A DNA stretch of 64,000 bases from Acidimicrobiia bacterium (GTDB lineage Bacteria; Actinomycetota; Acidimicrobiia; Spongiisociales; ZC4RG35): positions 450,928 to 514,927 of the forward strand of contig OZ244856.1 in the NCBI GenBank assembly GCA_965220995.1, given 5' to 3'. Below the pieces are notes generated by a model. That model did not search any database. It was not told where the DNA came from and worked only from the letters and a program-made list of their open reading frames with translations. Every line of letters begins with the position of its first letter. Positions within the stretch are counted from its first letter, which is position 1. Shown one piece after another: positions 58,204 through 64,000 of the stretch. The translations under genes were made by a program, and so were the position numbers.

Positions 58204-59772
58204 ATTCGTCGACTAGTCATCATCATTGCCCTGTTCCTGTGGGCGTGCGGCAACGACGCTGCGCCACCCGCCTCCGTTGACGCTCCTTCCGTCCCGTCCA
58301 GCCCGACATCGCAGGCCCGGTCCTCCCCTTCCGAAGCGCCCGTCACTCCGCCATCTTCGGCGCCCACCACCTCTTCGTCTGCGGCGCCCTCCACCCAAGC
58401 CGTCCAGGACACCACCACCACCGTTCTCGCCCCCGAGCCAACTGCTCCTCCCCGTCCAGCCAATTTGGTGTCGAGTGAAGGCCAGGCCTTCCCACCATCA
58501 CCCGACTTTCCCGATGGCCCGATCTCAGAGCATTTACGGGCCGATCTCGACGCCTTTTTCGATCTGCTGGAAGCAGAGCGGAGAATCGGCCAGGACGAAC
58601 TGAAGGCGATGGCCTCTCATGGCGACATCCGCTCCGCCTGGATTCTCACCGACATACTTCGCTTCTCCAACAGCGTGGAGGTGTATGAACTGTTGGGAAG
58701 CCGTTTGCAGGACCTCTTGGGTGACGACGTTGTCATCGGTGGAGGTCCGGACCTGTGGAGGAAGGCGGTGGATTTGCTGATTGCCTGGGACTTGCCGGCA
58801 TTTCCTGAATACGCCCACTACAAGGGCCGGATATTCACCCTGGTGGAACCGGGCTGGGAGCCCTTCTTCGACGATCCCGACGCAACCATCGACTGGCGCT
58901 GGGTCAGTTGGGGCGGGGTTTTCATCGACGATCGCCCATTGGGGGTTACCACCGGTTGCCCCCGAGGATGCATTCCCGCCCTCGACGACCCTCCGGTGAC
59001 CCCCGCAGCCGAAGGCGACTGGTACCCCGAGGACGCGGTGGTGTTCGGAGTAACCATAAACGGGGAATCCCGCGCTTACCCAAAGAACCAGATGGAAGTC
59101 CATGAAATGGTCAACGACACGCTGGGCGGCAGGAGAATCGGAATGCCCTATTGCACCCTGTGCGGCTCCGCCCAGGTCTACTTCACCGACCAGGTCCCCG
59201 AAGGGGTCGAGACTCCGGTTCTCCGCACGTCGGGTCTTCTGAGCAGGTCGAACAAGGTCATGTACGATCTCAACACCCGGTCGGTGTTGGACACCTTCAC
59301 CGGAGAAGCGGTGTCCGGCCCCCTGCGGGAAGCGGGGGTTCGCCTTGCCCAGGCCACCGTGGTGTCCTCCACGTGGGGCGCCTGGAAGGAGGCCCACCCG
59401 GACACCACCATCATCGCGGAGGACGGCGGCCTCGGCCGACGCTACCCCCTCGATCCCCTGGGAGGTCGGGACGACGACGGTCCGATCTTCCCGGTGGGCG
59501 ACGTCGACCCTCGCTTGGAGGTGCAGGAATTGGTGGTGGGGGTGGAGTTGGAGGATGGGACGACCATCGCCTTTCCCCGCCAGGCCGCCCTGTCGGTGAT
59601 CAACTCGGGCGGAGAGGTGACCGCCGCAGGGGTGCGGGTGGTGGCAGACGGCGACGGACTGCGGGTTGTTTCGGCGACGGACGGGTCGGAAATCTCCTCT
59701 CACCAGGCCTTTTGGTTCGCCTGGAGCCAGTTTTGGCCCGACACGCTGCTTTGGGAACCCCCCTCTCGGTAA
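58204..59772 (+). CDS. DUF3179-family protein; probable lipoprotein with a Ser/Pro/Thr-rich linker.
   Basis: DUF3179 hallmark MPYCTLCGSAQVYF. The track ORF starts at 58465. The frame is open from 58174 and encodes a signal-peptide/lipobox-like RIRRLVIIIALFLWAC followed by a P/S/T-rich linker. No canonical start; possibly ATT 58204 (GGAG 6 nt upstream). Confidence 0.55.
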   Translation: MRRLVIIIALFLWACGNDAAPPASVDAPSVPSSPTSQARSSPSEAPVTPPSSAPTTSSSAAPSTQAVQDTTTTVLAPEPTAPPRPANLVSSEGQAFPPSPDFPDGPISEHLRADLDAFFDLLEAERRIGQDELKAMASHGDIRSAWILTDILRFSNSVEVYELLGSRLQDLLGDDVVIGGGPDLWRKAVDLLIAWDLPAFPEYAHYKGRIFTLVEPGWEPFFDDPDATIDWRWVSWGGVFIDDRPLGVTTGCPRGCIPALDDPPVTPAAEGDWYPEDAVVFGVTINGESRAYPKNQMEVHEMVNDTLGGRRIGMPYCTLCGSAQVYFTDQVPEGVETPVLRTSGLLSRSNKVMYDLNTRSVLDTFTGEAVSGPLREAGVRLAQATVVSSTWGAWKEAHPDTTIIAEDGGLGRRYPLDPLGGRDDDGPIFPVGDVDPRLEVQELVVGVELEDGTTIAFPRQAALSVINSGGEVTAAGVRVVADGDGLRVVSATDGSEISSHQAFWFAWSQFWPDTLLWEPPSR

Positions 59773-59930
59773 CTCCCTCCCCATTTTGGGCATGTGAGCT
59801 CTGCCGATCGGCCTCCTCAGAGGTCGCAGCTTCGGCAATTCCTGTTCGGATCCTCAAACCGCTGTGAATGGGAAAAACCATGGAGTTTAGCGGTTGACTT
59901 CAAACACAGAGTGTTATAGCCTGTCGAATT

Positions 59931-60140
59931 ATGAACCGAAGCATCATGTTCGATCTCGTTGACCTCGTTACCGAGAAACCTTGGATCAACCACGAGGAAG
60001 CTAGGGTGGAGATGGGCCTTTCCGAGGACGACTTCGCCACAGTCATGCAACTATTGGATGAACACCTCAAATCCGGGCGACCCTTCAGACCCCGGCCGCA
60101 GCCGAAACCCAGCCTGTTGGATTTGCTGACATATGAATGA
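59931..60140 (+). CDS. Hypothetical small protein (69 aa), first gene of a low-GC two-gene operon.
   Basis: About 50% GC versus about 68% background. Preceded by a sigma-70-like TTGACT...TATAGC region. Stop overlaps the next start (ATGA). Confidence 0.4.
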   Translation: MNRSIMFDLVDLVTEKPWINHEEARVEMGLSEDDFATVMQLLDEHLKSGRPFRPRPQPKPSLLDLLTYE

Positions 60141-60372
60141 ACCGTGGATGCTGGCGCTCTCAGCCGCGGTGGGGGCGGGGGTCGGGGTGATTGGAACCAT
60201 TCTCACCAACCTTTTCCTGATCGGACAAAGACGGGCCAAGACCACCCGCCAGATTGTCCAGGCTCAAAGAGTGGTGATCGAAGACCTCCGGGAAGCGTAT
60301 GAGAAGGCCGCTCAGAATTCCGGGCTGAACCGGTGGCGCGACTCCCCATCCCATGTAGGGACCCCCGACTGA
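60133..60372 (+). CDS. Hypothetical small membrane protein (79 aa, one predicted TM helix).
   Basis: MLALSAAVGAGVGVIGTILTNLFLIG hydrophobic helix followed by a charged tail. Translationally coupled to the upstream small ORF. Confidence 0.4.
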   Translation: MNEPWMLALSAAVGAGVGVIGTILTNLFLIGQRRAKTTRQIVQAQRVVIEDLREAYEKAAQNSGLNRWRDSPSHVGTPD

Positions 60373-60445
60373 GTGCCCACCGGACGTTGGAGCAGGCGGC
60401 CTCGTCAGAGCGATATAGCTATATATATCGCCGTTTTGCCGCCCG

Positions 60446-61432
60446 TCAGGTGGCGAGTCCGATCGCTTCCCACACGGTGGCCATGGACACCTCGGCCCGA
60501 CGCCGGGCCTCGGCCGCTCCCTCCGCCATCAGCCGTGACACTTCGGCGTCGTCCATGCCCTCGTACCGTTCTCTGACCGGCGTCAAATATTCAACCAGCG
60601 CCTCGGCCACGGCTATCTTGAACCGGCCGTAGCCACCATCCCGGTGTTCGGCGGCCAAGTCTTCCGCGGAACGACCGGTGGCCACCGCGAACAGCTCCAA
60701 CAGGTTGGAGATCCCCGGCTTGGATTCCCACTCGTAGTCAACGGTTCGCCCCGAATCGGTAACCGCCGCCCGGATCTTGCGCCGAATCTGATCCGCGGTG
60801 TCGGTGAGCAGCAGACGGGATCTAACGTCGGGATCGCTCTTGGACATTTTGGCGGTGGGATCCTGCAGGGACATCACCCGGGCGCCGATCTGAGGAGTGA
60901 TCCGTTCGGGCACGGGAAACACCGGGCCGAAACGATGGTTGAACCGCTCCACCAGATCGCGGGTCAACTCCAGATGCTGACGCTGATCCTCTCCCACCGG
61001 CACGGCATGCACCTTGTGGATCAGAATGTCGGCCGCCATCAGCACCGGATAGGACAAGAGCCCCAGATTCTGACCACTCCGATCGGCCTTCTCCTTGTAC
61101 TGGGTCATCCGGTTGAGCTGCCCGATGCCGGTGATGGTTGACAGGACCCAGGCCAGTTCGGCATGCTGAGGAACCTGTGACTGGAAGTAGAACACCGATC
61201 GCTTCGGGTCTATGCCCGACGCCATCACCAGCTTGGCGGTCTCCAAGCGGGCGACCTGAAAGGCGGCCGGATCGTAGGGAATGGTCATGGCATGCAGATC
61301 GACCACGCAGTAATAGGTCTCGTATTCCTCCTGCATCTGTGCCCAGTTGCGCAACGCTCCCACCAGATTGCCCAGATGCAACTCGCCGGTGGGCTGGATT
61401 CCCGAAAAGACCTTTTTCTTGCCTGTAGCCAT
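60446..61432 (-). CDS. trpS: Tryptophan--tRNA ligase.
   Basis: HIGH-class motif TGELHLGN and KMSKS. Start at the Met 6 codons into the track ORF. Confidence 0.9.
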   Translation of the reverse strand: MATGKKKVFSGIQPTGELHLGNLVGALRNWAQMQEEYETYYCVVDLHAMTIPYDPAAFQVARLETAKLVMASGIDPKRSVFYFQSQVPQHAELAWVLSTITGIGQLNRMTQYKEKADRSGQNLGLLSYPVLMAADILIHKVHAVPVGEDQRQHLELTRDLVERFNHRFGPVFPVPERITPQIGARVMSLQDPTAKMSKSDPDVRSRLLLTDTADQIRRKIRAAVTDSGRTVDYEWESKPGISNLLELFAVATGRSAEDLAAEHRDGGYGRFKIAVAEALVEYLTPVRERYEGMDDAEVSRLMAEGAAEARRRAEVSMATVWEAIGLAT

Positions 61433-61456
61433 TTGGACAGCGCCCATCCTAACCAG

Positions 61457-61485
61457 TTGACGAACATATTTGGTTGTGCCATAAT
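61457..61485 (+). promoter_or_regulatory. Sigma-70/SigA-like promoter for the cimA leader.
   Basis: TTGACG, a 17-nt spacer, then CATAAT. The predicted TSS is about 7 nt before the leader-peptide ATG, so the leader is near-leaderless. Confidence 0.5.
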
Positions 61486-61498
61486 GGGCGGTGTGACA

Positions 61499-61537
61499 AT
61501 GATCGACTTACGCCGCTCCATCATTATCGACCCATAG
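61499..61537 (+). CDS. Attenuator leader peptide MIDLRRSIIIDP (three consecutive Ile codons).
   Basis: 12-codon ORF between the promoter and the terminator hairpin. ATC-ATT-ATC run. A longer in-frame form starts at ATG 61484. Confidence 0.5.
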   Translation: MIDLRRSIIIDP

Positions 61538-61563
61538 GCGTCGGCCGCCCAAGCCTGCGCCAG

Positions 61564-61590
61564 AGCCCTCTGCCCGGCAGAGGGCTTTTT
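61564..61590 (+). terminator. Intrinsic terminator/attenuator hairpin upstream of cimA.
   Basis: GCCCTCTGCC(c)GGCAGAGGGC followed by TTTTT, ending 28 nt before the cimA ATG. Confidence 0.6.
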
Positions 61591-61617
61591 CATTGCCCCG
61601 ACCAATACCCACCAGAC

Positions 61618-63237
61618 ATGAGCAAAACCCTTCACTCCGATCTTGAGATTTATGACACGACCCTGCGTGACGGCGCCCAGCAGGAAGGCATTTCTCTCAC
61701 GGTTTCCGACAAACTGAGGATTGCCTCGCTGCTCGACTCGCTGGGCGTCCACTACATCGAAGGCGGATGGCCGGGCGCCCTTCCCAAGGACAACGAGTTC
61801 TTCGCCCGCGCCAAGACGGAACTTTCCCTCTCCAACAGCCGACTGACCGCTTTCGGGTCGACCAGGCGGCCGTCCCGGAGGGTTGACACCGATCCCCAGT
61901 TGCGCTACCTGCTGCAAGCCCAGACGGAGGTGATCTGCATCGTCGGAAAATCCTGGGATTATCACGTTCGAGAAGCACTGCGCTGTGACCTCGACGAGGG
62001 GATCCGCATGGCGGGGGAGTCGGTGGAGTTTCTGAAATCGCACAACCGGCGGGTGTTCTTCGACGCGGAGCACTTCTTTGACGGGTACCGGGCCAATCCC
62101 GAATACGCCCGGGCGGTGATCACCGCCGCCTGGGAAGCGGGCGCCGAGCGACTGGTGCTGTGTGACACCAACGGGGGCGCCCTGCCGTCGGAGATCAACC
62201 GCGTCATCGCCGAACTCGGTGAGACCCTGCCCGCCGACGCGCTGGGTGTGCATTTCCACAACGACGCCGGGTGCGCGGTCGCTTCCTCGTTGGCTGCGGT
62301 GGCGCAGGGGGTAAGACAGGTTCAGGGATGCATCAACGGCTACGGCGAGCGGACCGGTAACGCCGACCTCTCCACGGTCATACCCGATCTGGTTTTGAAA
62401 ATGGGCGTCCCGGTGGTGGACACCCGGCGCCTTTCCCGGATTTCTTCGGTTTCCCATCACATAGCCGAAGTGGTCAACATCACGCTCGACCCTCACCGGC
62501 CTTATGTGGGGGCGTCGGCCTTCACCCATAAAGCGGGTCTCCACACCTCCGCTTTGGCCCGCCGACCCGACGCCTACGAGCACGCCCGCCCGGAGTTGGT
62601 GGGCAACAGCACCCGAATGGTCATATCCGAACAAGCCGGAAGAGCCGCCGTGATCCGAAGAGCCGCCGCCCTCGGCCTGGACGTGGACCAGGACGCCGCC
62701 GCCTCGGTGCTGGAACAGGTGAAGGAAATGGAGCATCGCGGCTACCAGTTCGAAGCGGCGGACGGATCGTTCGAGTTACTGGTGAGACGGGTCCTCGGAC
62801 GGCGCCGGGACCTGTTTTCGGCCGCAGGCTTTTCGGTCTCCATTCACCGCCAAAAAGGTCAGGACGAGATTCGGTCTCAGGCCGAGGTGGAGGTGAAGGT
62901 GGGAGATGAGATTCACCGAACCACCGGAGCGGGAGTGGGGCCGGTCCACGCCCTGGACCAGGCCCTCAGGCAGGCTCTTGTGTCGGCCTTTCCGCAACTT
63001 GAGCGCCTGCGGCTGGTGGACTACCGGGTCCGGGTCCTTGATTCCTCCGACGGCACCAGCGCCACGGTGCGGGTCTTGATCGAGACCACCGACGGCGAAG
63101 AATCCTGGGGAACGGTGGGAGTTCACCCCAACATCATCGAAGCCTCCTGGGAAGCCCTGTCCGACGGCCTGACGGTGGGCCTGCTCCGGCTGGGAGATTC
63201 CAAAGAAGCCTCCGGTCCTCAGACGGACAGCGGGTAG
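61618..63237 (+). CDS. cimA: (R)-citramalate synthase (LeuA-family, CimA type).
   Basis: N-terminus IYDTTLRDGAQQEGISLTVSDKLRIASLLDSLGVHYIEGGWPGALPKDNEFF is typical of the citramalate-synthase/LeuA-related clade. 539 aa with a C-terminal regulatory domain. The Ile-codon attenuator upstream fits a role in isoleucine biosynthesis. Confidence 0.65.
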   Translation: MSKTLHSDLEIYDTTLRDGAQQEGISLTVSDKLRIASLLDSLGVHYIEGGWPGALPKDNEFFARAKTELSLSNSRLTAFGSTRRPSRRVDTDPQLRYLLQAQTEVICIVGKSWDYHVREALRCDLDEGIRMAGESVEFLKSHNRRVFFDAEHFFDGYRANPEYARAVITAAWEAGAERLVLCDTNGGALPSEINRVIAELGETLPADALGVHFHNDAGCAVASSLAAVAQGVRQVQGCINGYGERTGNADLSTVIPDLVLKMGVPVVDTRRLSRISSVSHHIAEVVNITLDPHRPYVGASAFTHKAGLHTSALARRPDAYEHARPELVGNSTRMVISEQAGRAAVIRRAAALGLDVDQDAAASVLEQVKEMEHRGYQFEAADGSFELLVRRVLGRRRDLFSAAGFSVSIHRQKGQDEIRSQAEVEVKVGDEIHRTTGAGVGPVHALDQALRQALVSAFPQLERLRLVDYRVRVLDSSDGTSATVRVLIETTDGEESWGTVGVHPNIIEASWEALSDGLTVGLLRLGDSKEASGPQTDSG

Positions 63238-63255
63238 GGGCCGTACGGCCAAGAG

Positions 63256-63524
63256 AATCTGTGAAATCAGACACTATCTCGCGAAAACACCCCTAAAATT
63301 CCTGTCCCGAGGGCCCTTCCCCCGCCACCACCTTTCCTGGGTCGGGACGCGAAATCCGTCATATATTGAACGGGATTTCGCTTTCCCGAGAGTATGGTCC
63401 CTGCGGCCGGTCTGGACGACGTCGGAACAGACCGGGAGGTGCTTGACACCTATCACTATGTGACACCACGGAGACAAAGTCAACCCATCGGCCACCCTGT
63501 TTTTCGCGACCCTCCCCAATAACC
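63256..63524. repeat. Copy B of the conserved ~268-nt structured element; candidate ncRNA or MITE-like repeat.
   Basis: Same orientation and ends as copy A. Perfect hairpin GCGAAATCCG...CGGGATTTCGC. Lies between the convergent 3' ends of cimA and an ABC ATPase gene. Confidence 0.6.
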
Positions 63525-63721
63525 CACCCTCGGCAGGCTTTGGCTGAGATGCAGGTTGAGGATGGGCGCCAACAGCCCGCTCAACCCGGGAAGACGGAAT
63601 GCATCACCATTCCCATAGCTGCGGCACTCTTGCCTTTCCCGTTACCGGTGTTGACTACCACTATGGAGGGTGCCCCGCTTGACATCACGACGGCGGGGAT
63701 CTTCTGTACGGGGCGCCTTGC

Positions 63722-64000
63722 TCATTGGGAACCGTTCCTGAACGGGACTATCGCCAGCCCTCCATTGACCCTGACCACCTCGACGTCGGCCTGGTAGAAG
63801 TCCCTGATGTAGTTGGCTGTCAATACATGCACAGGGGATCCGGCCACAACTATCCTGCCGCTCGCCATCATCAGCAGGCGATCGGCGAACTGCCCGGCCA
63901 GGGTCAGGTCATGCATGGCGGTGATGATGGTCATCGGACGCTCGGACCGAAGGTAGCCGATCAACCCGAGCGCCTTCTGGCCCTGGCCGATGTCCAGCCC
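63722..64000 (-). CDS. ABC transporter ATP-binding protein, C-terminal part (iron-siderophore/cobalamin FecE/BtuD-like); 5' end is beyond the window.
   Basis: LDIGQ (D-loop region), H-loop MHDL, and C-terminal pattern ADRLLMMASGRIVVAGSP. The reading frame is open to the window edge. Confidence 0.65.
   Translation of the reverse strand, partial: GLDIGQGQKALGLIGYLRSERPMTIITAMHDLTLAGQFADRLLMMASGRIVVAGSPVHVLTANYIRDFYQADVEVVRVNGGLAIVPFRNGSQ

Noticed and set aside
61285-62736. 483-aa minus-strand ORF antisense to cimA.
   Set aside because: cimA on the + strand is strongly supported.
1-64000. Searched for tRNA T-arm signatures (GGTTCGAATCC-like), rRNA, and CRISPR repeat arrays.
   Set aside because: No convincing tRNA cloverleaf, no rRNA-like conserved blocks, and no regularly spaced direct repeats were found by eye.

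Overview
High-GC (about 68%) actinobacterial-type chromosomal segment with dense coding on both strands. I saw no rRNA, tRNA or CRISPR. Gene order is syntenic with the mycobacterial tsf-rpsB / xerC-dprA-comM-yraN / lepB-rplS-trmD neighbourhood, and the sucC-sucD-pcrA and guaA-guaB3 blocks are also conserved. Housekeeping genes include: a partial pyrB, an MMPL/RND exporter, cofG/cofH (F420 FO synthase), ispG, rseP, cdsA, frr, pyrH, tsf, rpsB, xerC, dprA, comM, yraN, lepB, rplS, trmD, the cysM-cysO-mec-moeZ sulfur-carrier pathway, folD-purH, sucCD, tal, pcrA, guaA, guaB3, trpS and a LeuA-family (R)-citramalate synthase (cimA). A roughly 9.4 kb accessory block (25945..35330) sits where rimM/rpsP would be in mycobacteria. 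It carries: an hpnC-hpnD-hpnE-polyprenyl synthase squalene module; a vapBC toxin-antitoxin pair; chrA; and a low-GC RecQ-helicase/PRTase fusion followed by a DprA/Smf-like gene, which resembles the PsyrTA toxin-antitoxin/defense pair. Other notable items: (1) a conserved ~268-nt structured intergenic element in two full copies (23847..24113 and 63256..63524) plus one partial inverted copy (about 46053..46134); (2) an Ile-codon leader-peptide attenuator with a sigma-70-like promoter upstream of cimA; (3) a candidate ZTP-like leader upstream of purH-folD; (4) an orphan beta-class DNA methyltransferase beside an AlkZ/YcaQ-like glycosylase; (5) a MerR-HTH-DUF433 / DUF5615 (PIN-like) TA-like pair; (6) a low-GC two-gene small-ORF operon; (7) a domain-permuted MoeZ; and (8) a split cofG/cofH in which cofH has a 250-aa N-terminal extension. 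Start codons are inferred, not verified.
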